From: Candidatus Hydrogenedentes bacterium UBA6118
Lineage (GTDB): Bacteria; Hydrogenedentota; Hydrogenedentia; Hydrogenedentales; SLHB01
Reading direction: 5' to 3'
Length of the DNA: 64,000 bases
NCBI GenBank assembly: GCA_002422525.1
Contig: DIWA01000026.1
Location: 264,843-328,842, forward strand
In this document: one piece after another, positions 1 through 8,863 of the stretch
Layout: each line of letters opens with the position of its first letter
Numbering within the stretch: position 1 is the first letter of the stretch
Notes under the pieces: generated by a model
Told to the model about the DNA's origin: nothing
What the model saw: only the letters and a program-made list of their open reading frames with translations
The model's database searches: none
Program-made: the position numbers and the translations under genes

Positions 1-597
1 CGTGTAGTCCTCTTTGTACGGCAGCGGATTCGTGCGACGCCACTGCGCATGCAGATACGCCGCATCGTCCGGCACGGGACACAGCGTGTAGTTGACCTGG
101 TAGAACAGGACCATGTCCTCATCCGCGATGTTCTCGACCGTGATGCGGCAGCGCTTGCGGAACGGCATGGTCCAGTAGCTGTTGAACGCGCTCCCGGGGT
201 TCACGCAGATGGGCAGCGAGTTCACGTGCGCATACGAACACCAGCCCTGGCAGAAGAAGTCGCCCATGGGCGTCTCGATGCTCGGCTGCTCCTCGTCGTC
301 CCAATAGAAGCGCAGAATCACATAGCGCCAGTGGCCGGAAGGCGTGAACCAGATCTGCTGGATCGCGCCCGGCCCCTCGATATCCGCGACCTCGAAAGTC
401 TTCCCTGCGGCGATGCTCACCGCGGGGCTGATCTTCCACGGCCGACCCAAATCGCGCGCCGCGTTGGCCCCGAGGCCCTCCGTCGCCATGCCGCCCTTGC
501 CCCGCTCCCCGCGATAGTTCTCCGCGGAAATCGAACGACTCTCCGCATCCGACAGCCGGAACAGATTGCCCAGATTGAGCTGAAGTCCGTCGAACAT
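1..597 (-). CDS. DUF2961 (GH172-like) family protein, N-terminal ~199 aa; the gene continues past the window start
   Basis: The minus-strand ORF starts with ATG at 597-595, preceded by GGGGAG. Its translation MFDGLQLNLGN...FYWDDEEQPSIETPMGDFFCQGW matches the DUF2961 signature (yWDgEe.PSvE.PlGDFFG.G). It is absent from the ORF track because it has no in-window stop. Confidence 0.55.
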   Translation of the reverse strand, partial: MFDGLQLNLGNLFRLSDAESRSISAENYRGERGKGGMATEGLGANAARDLGRPWKISPAVSIAAGKTFEVADIEGPGAIQQIWFTPSGHWRYVILRFYWDDEEQPSIETPMGDFFCQGWCSYAHVNSLPICVNPGSAFNSYWTMPFRKRCRITVENIADEDMVLFYQVNYTLCPVPDDAAYLHAQWRRTNPLPYKEDYT

Positions 598-754
598 CCT
601 TGCTCCCCTTTTGCAGAACGCCGCCAAGCGCGGGCGAACCGGAGACAACCTGCCCGGGCCGCGCAACATCCACGCGCTCCCCGCCTGGCCCGCGCATTGA
701 ACCACGATCCCCCCGACCGAATCCACACGCCCTCGCGCGGACGCGCGCCCATGC

Positions 755-1384
755 TCACGCCGTTGGCGTCTCCATGAACCGCGCCAGCGTGTCCAGAAAG
801 CGCTTGGCCCATGGACTCGCCTCGGCGACCTTCGCAGGCGAGATCACCTGGAGGATGTGGAACGATGGAACACCCTTCGCGTAGCGTCCGGATCGGCAAC
901 CAGCGCTGGCCTTCTCCAACCCCGAGAGAACGTCATCCTTGGCGATCGACTCGACGCGCGGGTTCTGCGGCAGCGCCTGCGGCCTGAAGTCCTTGCCGAA
1001 GAACGTGCACAGCACACCCTTGTCGGCCAGGAACCACGACTCCATGCAGACGACCATGAGGTGACAGTGATCATCCGTTGCGTTGGCCGGCTTGTCGAAC
1101 CGATCCTCCGGATTCCTCGCGAGGAAGGCCCACGGCGACGGCTCGTCGCCCACGGGACGCTCGCTGTCGATCAAAAGCAGCGCGACATCACCATCGCTGT
1201 GGGGGTGTTCGCAGGCCATCCTGAACCGATCGTGCGCGGCGCGCCGGGACCCGCAGGCGACAATTCTGGGCATACGGCCCTCAAAACCAGCCCTCTTCAG
1301 GAATCGACTGAAGCCTTCACGACAGAGGACATGGAGCGAGGCCGAGTCTCCGCCGCCCTCGACGTAGATTCGGACGGTCACCAC
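755..1384 (-). CDS. DUF4276 family protein (Toprim-like), putative nuclease partner of the upstream ABC ATPase
   Basis: 209 aa. N-terminal IYVEGGGD and LLLIDSERP are Toprim-like acidic motifs. Its start overlaps the ATPase stop by 7 nt, suggesting translational coupling. DUF4276 typically co-occurs with AAA_21 ATPases. Confidence 0.7.
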   Translation of the reverse strand: MVTVRIYVEGGGDSASLHVLCREGFSRFLKRAGFEGRMPRIVACGSRRAAHDRFRMACEHPHSDGDVALLLIDSERPVGDEPSPWAFLARNPEDRFDKPANATDDHCHLMVVCMESWFLADKGVLCTFFGKDFRPQALPQNPRVESIAKDDVLSGLEKASAGCRSGRYAKGVPSFHILQVISPAKVAEASPWAKRFLDTLARFMETPTA

Positions 1385-2553
1385 CGAGTCCCTCCGATCT
1401 CTCCGCTGGTCCAGAGCTCGCCCAACCGGTACTTCTCGAGCCAGGGCTTCAAGCGGTCCGGGTCGAGCCGCTTGACCTGCGTGCCGCCGTCAGCCTTCTC
1501 GCAGACCCGGACGAACCCGGCGTTGTCGTGGAAGGCGTCGACCAGGGCGGGCGAATGGGTGGTGACGATGAGTTGCGTTCGCTCGCTCGCGTCGAGCAGC
1601 AGATCCGCAATGCGGTGGGTCAGGTCGGGATGCAGCCCCAGCTCGGGCTCCTCGATGCAGACGAGCGGAGGAGGATCGTCGTCGCACAGCACCGCCAGCA
1701 GGCAGAGGTACCGCAAGGTCCCGTCGGACAAACGCGTGGCTGGAACGAAGAAGCGGTCCTCTTCGACCAGCACCTGCACGCGCCCGCTCTCGATCGTGAC
1801 ATCCAGGTCGCGAGCCTCAGCGTAGACCGCCCTGAACGCGTCGAGCAGCCGGTCCCGCGTCTGCTGCCTGAGTCGGAGTCGGTTGAGGACCAGCCCCAGA
1901 TTACGGGCATCCGGCTCAAGCCATCTGTTGGGAAGGTCCGCCGGCTGCGGCGTCCGCGGAGCGGTGTACCTCCCCAACGCCCAGTCGCGATAGATGCGGA
2001 TGTCGGAGAGCGTCTCGGCCAGCCGGGTGATCTCGGGGTAACTGTCCGGGTCGCGCCGTTGCGCCAGGATCGAACGTTCCGGGTCGATGTCCTCTCGCTT
2101 GAGCGTGCGCTCGCCCACGTCTTTCACGTTCAACACGGGCCGGTTGTTCTGATAGCGGTAGTAGAAGTACGGGTTCTCGTGGCCCGGGTACGGCTGAGCG
2201 TTCTCAATCCGCTCGTCGACGATCTCGAACCGCTTGCCCGACTCTGTGAACTCAATTCGGTAGCGGAGCGGCTGGCCGGGCCGGTCATCACCGCATGGAG
2301 TATCGATCACGACCTCGATCATCGCGATAGGGGTCCCCTCGGTCCCTTTCCAGAGCCAGTCTCGCACCCCTCCGCCCTCGCGGATGGGTTGGTTGATCTG
2401 CCCCGGCGCCGATTGCAGCAACGCGATGGCCTCCAGCAGGTTGGACTTGCCGGACGCATTGGGGCCGATGACCACGTTCAGACGGTCGAGCGGTATGACA
2501 TCGCTCTCCGGTCCAAACGAGAGCAGGTTCCGCATCTGGATGCTCTGGAGCAT
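1378..2553 (-). CDS. ABC-type (AAA_21) ATPase, OLD/AbiL/PARIS-AriA-like
   Basis: Motifs: Walker A GPNASGKSN, signature RLSDGTLRY, Walker B PLVCIEEPELGLHP, H-loop IVTTHSP, C-terminal YRLGELWTSGEIGG. Start ATG at 2553 has a GAAGGAGG RBS 7 nt upstream. The track ORF extends further upstream to 2625, but that N-terminal extension is not protein-like. Confidence 0.8.
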   Translation of the reverse strand: MLQSIQMRNLLSFGPESDVIPLDRLNVVIGPNASGKSNLLEAIALLQSAPGQINQPIREGGGVRDWLWKGTEGTPIAMIEVVIDTPCGDDRPGQPLRYRIEFTESGKRFEIVDERIENAQPYPGHENPYFYYRYQNNRPVLNVKDVGERTLKREDIDPERSILAQRRDPDSYPEITRLAETLSDIRIYRDWALGRYTAPRTPQPADLPNRWLEPDARNLGLVLNRLRLRQQTRDRLLDAFRAVYAEARDLDVTIESGRVQVLVEEDRFFVPATRLSDGTLRYLCLLAVLCDDDPPPLVCIEEPELGLHPDLTHRIADLLLDASERTQLIVTTHSPALVDAFHDNAGFVRVCEKADGGTQVKRLDPDRLKPWLEKYRLGELWTSGEIGGTRW

Positions 2554-2705
2554 GAATCCTCCTTCGGCCGCGCGCTCCCCGCCTGGCCCCACCCATTCAA
2601 CCACGATCCCCGCGACCGAATCCACACGCCCCCCGCGCGGATGCGCGCCCTACAGCATGGCCGTCGCAGCGTCGTGATCCACGCCGGGATGTAAGACCCC
2701 GGGCC

Positions 2706-3791
2706 GTGGGGTGTATTCTACGCTGGAAGCCGCAAGGACGCGGCGCCGAGACCGAGGATCGCGGAACCGTCGCAGTGGTGCATATCGGAAATCGTTCTAT
2801 CAGCCCGTCGCGTGCCGCGATCCGCTGGACGAGAGGCCTCGCGTGCTGCGCCCTTCTCTGTCTGGCCGCGGGTTGCCCGGTCGAGCCCCTGGACAGGCTG
2901 ACCCTGCCGGGGCCGTACACGGCCGTACTCGAGCTCGTCCACGTCGACGACGGCTGGCGCTATCCGCTCGACCTCAGCGTGATCTACCCGGATGCCGATC
3001 CTCCCGAGGGCGGCTGGCCCGTGATCCTCTTCTCTACCGGCTGGAACCAGGCCCGCGCCTCCTACGACGGCATGGCGTCGCAACTGGCCGAACACGGGTT
3101 CGTCGTCGTGATCCGGTATTTCCCCAGTCTCGGCATCTGGGACCTCGGGTTCGACCTCTTCGACCTGCATCTCGAGCAGTGCGACGCGGTCCTCGCCTGG
3201 TGCGCCGAGCAGAACGCGCTGCCCGGATCGCTCCTGTACGGCCGATGCGACATGACCCGCGTCGGGGCCACGGGCCATTCGATGGGCGGACACGTCTCGA
3301 TCGTCCTCGCCAAACGGGATCCGCGCGTTCAAGCCGTCGTATCCCTCGACGCGCTGGTCGACCGCCCCGGCCTCTACGCCGTGGGCGACCTGTCGGAGCT
3401 GCGCGCGCCGACGCTGTACATCGGCGCCGAGGAAGGCGGGCTCTGCTCAACGTTCACGCTGTCCATGGACGACCCCGTCTGGTTGTACGACTACACGCCG
3501 GCGCCCCGCCAGGAAATCCTGATCACTGGCGCGGATCACCTGGATTTCATCCAGCACCGCACCGGCGAACCGTTGATCGACACGCAACTGTGCAGCGTCG
3601 GCTCCGCGGACGGCTATCTTGTTCGAGACATCGCATCTCGGTATATGATCGGATGGTTCACCTATTTCCTGAAGCAGCGCCCGGAGTACCGAACCTATTT
3701 CGACGGCGCTTGCTCGCAGGAGGACGAACAGAGCGGCGCGGTCGCCATACGGCGGGCGCTCAACGAAACCGACTTGATTGGGGAACCATGA
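2706..3791 (+). CDS. alpha/beta hydrolase lipoprotein (chlorophyllase/dienelactone-hydrolase-like), paralog 1
   Basis: GATGHSMGG nucleophile elbow; lipobox LCLAAGC. The real start may be GTG at ~2775/2778, giving MVHIGNRSISPSRAAIRWTRGLACCALLCLAAGC. It is ~45% identical to the next gene. Its stop overlaps the next start (ATGA). Confidence 0.6.
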   Translation: MGCILRWKPQGRGAETEDRGTVAVVHIGNRSISPSRAAIRWTRGLACCALLCLAAGCPVEPLDRLTLPGPYTAVLELVHVDDGWRYPLDLSVIYPDADPPEGGWPVILFSTGWNQARASYDGMASQLAEHGFVVVIRYFPSLGIWDLGFDLFDLHLEQCDAVLAWCAEQNALPGSLLYGRCDMTRVGATGHSMGGHVSIVLAKRDPRVQAVVSLDALVDRPGLYAVGDLSELRAPTLYIGAEEGGLCSTFTLSMDDPVWLYDYTPAPRQEILITGADHLDFIQHRTGEPLIDTQLCSVGSADGYLVRDIASRYMIGWFTYFLKQRPEYRTYFDGACSQEDEQSGAVAIRRALNETDLIGEP

Positions 3792-4741
3792 CCACGCATC
3801 GACTTCGCCCCGCCGTCCTGTCTGTTCTAGTCGCTCTCGCTTCGGCGTTCGCGCTCTCCGGTTGCTTCCAGCCATCCTCGCTGGGCTTTCCAGGTCCATA
3901 CGAAGCCAGCGCTTACCACGAGACCTACGGCGAGGAAGCGCTCCCGCTCACCGTCTTCTATCCGGACACCAACCCGCCGCGGCGCAACCTGCCGACGATC
4001 ATCTTCACGCCGGGGTTCATCCAGCCGCGCGCGTCGTACGAAAGCTACGGGTGGCAACTGGCGCAATGGGGGTTCGTCGTGGTGATCCGCGCCTACCCCA
4101 GCCTCGGCTTCGGCGGCGTCGGCGACGCGCTCATCGATGACCACGTGATCGAGTGCGGCCGAATCATCGACTGGCTGGTCGAGGAGAACCGCCGCGAGGA
4201 CTCGCGCCTGTACGGCATGATCGACGAGACGCGCTTCGGCGTGGCCGGCCATAGCGTCGGCGCGTCCGTCTCCATCGCAACCGCCGTCACCGACCCCCGC
4301 ATCGACGCGATGGTCGCGCTCGACGTGGCGTACGACGGCGCCGACCTCGACGTGCTGGGCGCGTTGCCCGACACGCAGGCCGCCATGATGTACATTCGCG
4401 GCGACGCAGGCGGCCTCTGCGGACGGTCGCCGTTCGCCACCGTGCCCCTGATCGACTATTCCCCGCCGCCGTCCATCGAGGTCACGATCCGCGGCGCCGA
4501 CCACATGGACTTCCTCGACGGCCTGATCGGCCTTTATGACTTCGGCTACGAAGTCGTCTCGCTTTGCTCCGACGGCCCGGCCGACGAGGAGTGGGTGCGC
4601 GCCATGGCGACGAAGTACATGGTGGCGTGGTTCAACGTGTACTTGAAAGGGCAGGACGAATTCAGGGACTATTACGAGGGCGCTCGGGCGGACGAAGACG
4701 TTGCGGCGGATGCCGTCGATTTCGTCCGGGTTCTCGACTGA
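3788..4741 (+). CDS. alpha/beta hydrolase lipoprotein (chlorophyllase/dienelactone-hydrolase-like), paralog 2
   Basis: Signal peptide MTTHRLRPAVLSVLVALASAFALSGC; GVAGHSVGA GxSxG motif. It occupies the 3' half of the 676-aa track ORF; the 5' half of that ORF is Arg-rich nonsense. Confidence 0.75.
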   Translation: MTTHRLRPAVLSVLVALASAFALSGCFQPSSLGFPGPYEASAYHETYGEEALPLTVFYPDTNPPRRNLPTIIFTPGFIQPRASYESYGWQLAQWGFVVVIRAYPSLGFGGVGDALIDDHVIECGRIIDWLVEENRREDSRLYGMIDETRFGVAGHSVGASVSIATAVTDPRIDAMVALDVAYDGADLDVLGALPDTQAAMMYIRGDAGGLCGRSPFATVPLIDYSPPPSIEVTIRGADHMDFLDGLIGLYDFGYEVVSLCSDGPADEEWVRAMATKYMVAWFNVYLKGQDEFRDYYEGARADEDVAADAVDFVRVLD

Positions 4742-4795
4742 TGGCCGTAGTTTCGCCCAGGGGCGGCGGGGGCGCACCACGCGGAGACCAGCAAC

Positions 4796-5404
4796 ATGCC
4801 AGTAGCTAACGGCCTGCTGATCGGCTGCGTCGCGTTGTTGGCGTTGGCGGCGATCCTGACGCTGATCATCCTCGCGCCGCTGATCGTCTGGTCCTCGAAG
4901 CGCAAGAACCTCTTCATCACCGCCTGGCTGATCGTCGCCGGGGTGCTGGTCGTGCTCGCGATCGTGGGCGGCGCGGTCGGCATGCACAACAGCGCGCCGC
5001 CGATGCAGCCCATCGAACGCCAGATCGACATCACCGATGCGGAAGGCGCGCTCACCGTGAGCGGGTTCCACCTCGCCCCGCCGCAAAACGGCGCGGCGCG
5101 GCTGAACGTGCGCGTACGCAACGCTTCCGACGAACCCCGCTACCTCGGGGTCGAGTACTACGTCGATGCCGGGCAGGTGGCCAATATCTTCTCCCCCGGC
5201 GCCATGAGCCAGGCCCTGGTCGAGAAAGTCGCGCCGGGGTTCTCAGGAACGATCACATTCGATCTCGCCATGCCGCCGCTCGCCCGCGACAGCTCGCTCG
5301 TCATCGTGCTCGCCCGCTCCAGCGGTCCCGACGCAGGCGGCGTCCGCCTCGATCCGGAGTCGGAAGCGCTTTACCAAGAACGGATCCAGCTCACCGAGGA
5401 GTGA
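4796..5404 (+). CDS. hypothetical membrane protein (two N-terminal TM helices)
   Basis: Hydrophobic N-terminus LLIGCVALLALAAILTLIILAPLIVW and LIVAGVLVVLAIVGGAVG. Codon usage matches the genome. It is followed by a hairpin. Confidence 0.5.
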   Translation: MPVANGLLIGCVALLALAAILTLIILAPLIVWSSKRKNLFITAWLIVAGVLVVLAIVGGAVGMHNSAPPMQPIERQIDITDAEGALTVSGFHLAPPQNGAARLNVRVRNASDEPRYLGVEYYVDAGQVANIFSPGAMSQALVEKVAPGFSGTITFDLAMPPLARDSSLVIVLARSSGPDAGGVRLDPESEALYQERIQLTEE

Positions 5405-5423
5405 GGTGAGAGAGAACACCCGG

Positions 5424-5440
5424 CCCCGGCGCCGGGGTTT
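5424..5440 (+). terminator. putative intrinsic terminator hairpin CCCCGGCGCCGGGG followed by TTT
   Basis: A 14-nt perfect GC palindrome and a T-run lie 20 nt after the stop of the membrane protein gene. Confidence 0.35.
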
Positions 5441-5612
5441 GCGCGTTCGGCCGCGGCCGCGTATGATCCGCCCGGCGCACTGTCGATCGAATGCCTGACG
5501 CATGCCCGGCCGGTGCGCCCGGCCCGCTCCGCCGCACCAGAGCGCACGGATTCGCCAAGGGTCGCGTCCTCTCCGCCGCGATCCGTCTCCGACAGCAACG
5601 AAAGGAACTTCG

Positions 5613-7238
5613 ATGAGCGACCTTAAGCTCTCCCCGCTGAGCGACTACGCCCCCTTCCCCGGCCCGGTGGTGCTGATCATCATGGACGGCGTCGGCCTTG
5701 GCAAACGCGACGAGGCCGACGGCGTCTACATGGCCTATACGCCGGTGCTCGATCGCCTGCTGGAAGAGCCGGTCTATACGCAGCTCAAAGCGCACGGCAC
5801 GGCGGTCGGCCTGCCCACGGACGACGACATGGGCAACTCGGAAGTGGGACACAACGCGCTCGGCGCCGGACGCGTGTTCGCCCAGGGCGCCCGCCTCGTC
5901 AACGAGGCCATCCAATCCGGCGCGATCTTCGAAGGCGACGCCTGGAAGCAGATCGTCGAGCAGGCGAATGCGGGCGGCGCGGTGCATTTCATCGGCCTGC
6001 TGAGCGACGGCAACGTGCACAGCCACATCGACCACCTCTTCGCGTTGCTCGACCGCTGCGCCGAGGAAGGGTTCCAGCGCGTGCGCGTGCATCCGCTCGC
6101 CGACGGCCGCGACGTGGGCGAGAAGAGCGTGTTGGGCTACATCGAGGCGCTGGAAGCGCGGCTCGAAGCCCTGCGCAAGGACGGCCGCGACTACCGCATC
6201 GCCTCCGGCGGCGGCCGCATGGTCACCACCATGGACCGCTACGGCGCGAACTGGGGCGTGGTCGAGAACGGCTGGAAGGCCCACGTGCTCGGCGAAGGCC
6301 GCCCGTTCGCCAGCGCGGCCGAGGCCGTCCAGACCTACTACGACGAAGACCCGGACATCACCGACCAGTACCTGCCCAGCTTCGTCATCACCGAGAACGG
6401 CAAGCCCGTCGGCCCGATCGAGGATGGCGACGCGGTGGTGTTCTTCAATTTCCGCGGCGACCGCGCCATCGAGATCAGCCGCGCCTTCGAGGAAGAGGAC
6501 TTCGCCGAGTTCGACCGCGTGCGTTGGCCGAAGGTGTTCTACGCGGGCCTGATGCAGTACGACGGCGACGCGCACATCCCGAGCAATTACCTGGTGGAGC
6601 CCCCGGCCATCGACGGCACGATCAGCCAGTACCTCTGCGCCGCCGACGTGACCTCCTTCGCGATCGCCGAGACCCAGAAGTTCGGCCACGTGACCTACTT
6701 CTGGAACGGCAACAATTCCGGCTACATCGACGAGAAACTCGAGAAATACGTCGAGATCCCATCGGACCGCGTCACGTTTGAGAAGCGCCCCTGGATGAAG
6801 GCGGCGGAAATCACCGACGAGGCGATCGAAGCGGTGCGGAGCGGCGCGTACAAGTTCATCCGCATGAACTATGCCAATGGCGACATGGTCGGCCACACGG
6901 GCGTCCCCATCTCCGTGCGGATCGCGGTCGAGTCGGTCGACCTCGCGCTGCGGCAGCTCCTCCCGGTGATCGAGCGAGCCAGGGGCATCGTCGTGATCAC
7001 GGCGGACCACGGCAACGCAGACTGCATGTGGACCGAGAAGAAGGGCAAGCGCGAGCCGATGGTGGCGCATACGCTCAATCCCGTACCGTTCATCATCAAG
7101 GACTACTCGGGCGCGAACCCGTGGCGCATCGCGGGCGTCGCCGAGCCCGGACTGAGCAATGTCGCCGCGACCCTGCTGAACCTGCTGGGGTACGAGAAGC
7201 CGGAGGAATACGATCCGTCGATCGTGACGCGGTCGTAG
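5613..7238 (+). CDS. gpmI: 2,3-bisphosphoglycerate-independent phosphoglycerate mutase
   Basis: 541 aa. Motifs LIIMDGVGLG, MGNSEVGHNALGAGR, ITADHGNAD. RBS AAAGGAA before ATG 5613. Confidence 0.85.
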   Translation: MSDLKLSPLSDYAPFPGPVVLIIMDGVGLGKRDEADGVYMAYTPVLDRLLEEPVYTQLKAHGTAVGLPTDDDMGNSEVGHNALGAGRVFAQGARLVNEAIQSGAIFEGDAWKQIVEQANAGGAVHFIGLLSDGNVHSHIDHLFALLDRCAEEGFQRVRVHPLADGRDVGEKSVLGYIEALEARLEALRKDGRDYRIASGGGRMVTTMDRYGANWGVVENGWKAHVLGEGRPFASAAEAVQTYYDEDPDITDQYLPSFVITENGKPVGPIEDGDAVVFFNFRGDRAIEISRAFEEEDFAEFDRVRWPKVFYAGLMQYDGDAHIPSNYLVEPPAIDGTISQYLCAADVTSFAIAETQKFGHVTYFWNGNNSGYIDEKLEKYVEIPSDRVTFEKRPWMKAAEITDEAIEAVRSGAYKFIRMNYANGDMVGHTGVPISVRIAVESVDLALRQLLPVIERARGIVVITADHGNADCMWTEKKGKREPMVAHTLNPVPFIIKDYSGANPWRIAGVAEPGLSNVAATLLNLLGYEKPEEYDPSIVTRS

Positions 7239-7287
7239 CCGGGGGCCGCAGGATGCCCCGCGCCGCACGCGCGGCGGGAAGGAGTGC

Positions 7288-8274
7288 GTGATGTCGGACA
7301 ACCGTACGCGTTGGGGCGTGCTCGCCCCGGGACGCATCGCCCGCAAGTTCGCCGAGGCCGTGGGCGGCGCAGGCGACGCACTGGTCGCCGTGGGGTCGCG
7401 ATCGAAGGACCGCGCCGACGCCTTCGCCGACGAGTTCGACATCCCGCGCCGCTACGACAGCTACGCCGCGCTCGTTGCGGATCCCGACATCGACGCGATC
7501 TACGTATCGAGCCCGCACCCGTACCACCGCGACCATGCCGTGCTCGCGCTCGACGCCGGCAAGGCCGTCCTGTGCGAGAAGCCGATCGCCGTCAACGCGG
7601 CCCAGGCGCGCGACATCGTCGCCGCCGCCCGGCGCAACGGCAAGTTCGCCATGGAGGCGATGTGGTCCCGGTTCCTACCCATCGTCGCCCGGACGCGCGC
7701 CCTGATCGCCGAAGGCGCGATCGGCGCGCCCCGCATGGTGAGCGCCGACTTCGGGTTCCGCGCGAACGTCGATCCGAAAGGCCGCCTGTTCGACCCCGCC
7801 CTCGGCGGCGGCGGCCTGCTCGACGTCGGCTGCTACCCCGTCTCTTTCGCCCACATGATCCTCGGCAAGCCCGTCGAGGCGAAGGCCCTGGCCTGCCTCG
7901 GCGAGACCGGCGTCGACGAGCAGAACGTGGTCACGATGAAGTTCGCCGACGGCGCCCTCGCCGTCACGACCTCCGGCGTGCGGACCACCACCCCGCTCGA
8001 CGCCGTCGTCCTCGGAACCGACGGCCGCATCCGCATCCACAGCCCCTGGTTCGACGGCGTCGCGCTCACGCTCACGCGCCCCGGCGAGGAGGACCGGCGT
8101 ATCGAAGAGCCCCGCGTCGAGAACGGCTTCGAGTACGAGGTGCGCGAAGTCGCGCGCTGCCTCCGCGAAGGCCTCCTCGAGAGCCCCGTGCTCCCGCTCG
8201 ACGAGTCCGTGGCGATCATGGAGACCCTCGACCAGGCCCGCGCCCAGTGGGGCCTCCGCTACCCCATGGAATGA
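7288..8274 (+). CDS. Gfo/Idh/MocA family oxidoreductase
   Basis: N-terminal Rossmann WGVLAPGRIARKF, EKP motif (LCEKPIAV) and a C-terminal alpha/beta domain. Confidence 0.8.
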   Translation: MMSDNRTRWGVLAPGRIARKFAEAVGGAGDALVAVGSRSKDRADAFADEFDIPRRYDSYAALVADPDIDAIYVSSPHPYHRDHAVLALDAGKAVLCEKPIAVNAAQARDIVAAARRNGKFAMEAMWSRFLPIVARTRALIAEGAIGAPRMVSADFGFRANVDPKGRLFDPALGGGGLLDVGCYPVSFAHMILGKPVEAKALACLGETGVDEQNVVTMKFADGALAVTTSGVRTTTPLDAVVLGTDGRIRIHSPWFDGVALTLTRPGEEDRRIEEPRVENGFEYEVREVARCLREGLLESPVLPLDESVAIMETLDQARAQWGLRYPME

Positions 8275-8334
8275 TCCGAGGGGAGGGCCTGCGGCCTCGC
8301 ACGCCCTCCTCCGTCCTCACGGAACCGGCGCCTC

Positions 8335-8681
8335 CTACTCGCGCCCCGCGGCGCGTTCGGCGTCCTCCGCATACCGCTCGTACCAGGGCTTGCGCTCCGC
8401 CGCCTCCTCCGCGAGAGGGCTGTCGGGATACTCCGCCAGCAGCTCGCCCAGCACCCCCGCGGCGTCGTCGTGGCGCTGCGCAAAGCTGTAGGCCCGCGCC
8501 AGGTCGAGCATCACCTCGTCGCGCAACGCGAAGTCCGGCGCGTTGAGGTAGAGGTCCTCGAGTTCTCCCAGCGACGACTCGGTAAGACCGCCGACCGTGC
8601 AACGCTTGTGGCGCCCATAGAAGGCGTAGGCCGTGTCGGGGAACTCCGTCAGCAGTCGGCTCAGCGCGCCGCCCCGAGTCG
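8335..8681 (-). pseudogene. 3' (C-terminal) fragment of a type-1 secreted-array paralog, split by IS3 insertion
   Basis: Its DNA is ~90% identical to the 3' end of the gene at 14106-15080. It encodes ...LNAPDFALRDEVMLDLARAY...YPDSPLAEEAAERKPWYERYAEDAERAAGRE*. Homology ends exactly at the IS boundary. Confidence 0.7.
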
Positions 8682-8863
8682 TGCGCCTACCCCCAATCTT
8701 CGACCACGGATCGGCGATTTTAGGGTGGAACCTGCCGCCCTGTACGCCATGTCGTCGAGGCCCGTGAGCCGCGTGTCGGTGATGCCGTCGCGGAGTGGAG
8801 CCCGACCCCGAAGGGGCGGCCCGCAGGGCCGAGGGCGGAGCGCAGCGACGGCATCATGCGGTC

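Noticed and set aside
2711-3787. 5' half of the 676-aa plus ORF
   Set aside because: It overlaps hydrolase paralog 1 in another frame and reads as Arg-rich nonsense. Only the 3' half (from ATG 3788) is a real gene.
5391-7442. 683-aa minus-strand ORF
   Set aside because: It is antisense to gpmI. It is Arg/Ala-rich with low complexity, typical of open frames opposite real genes in high-GC DNA.
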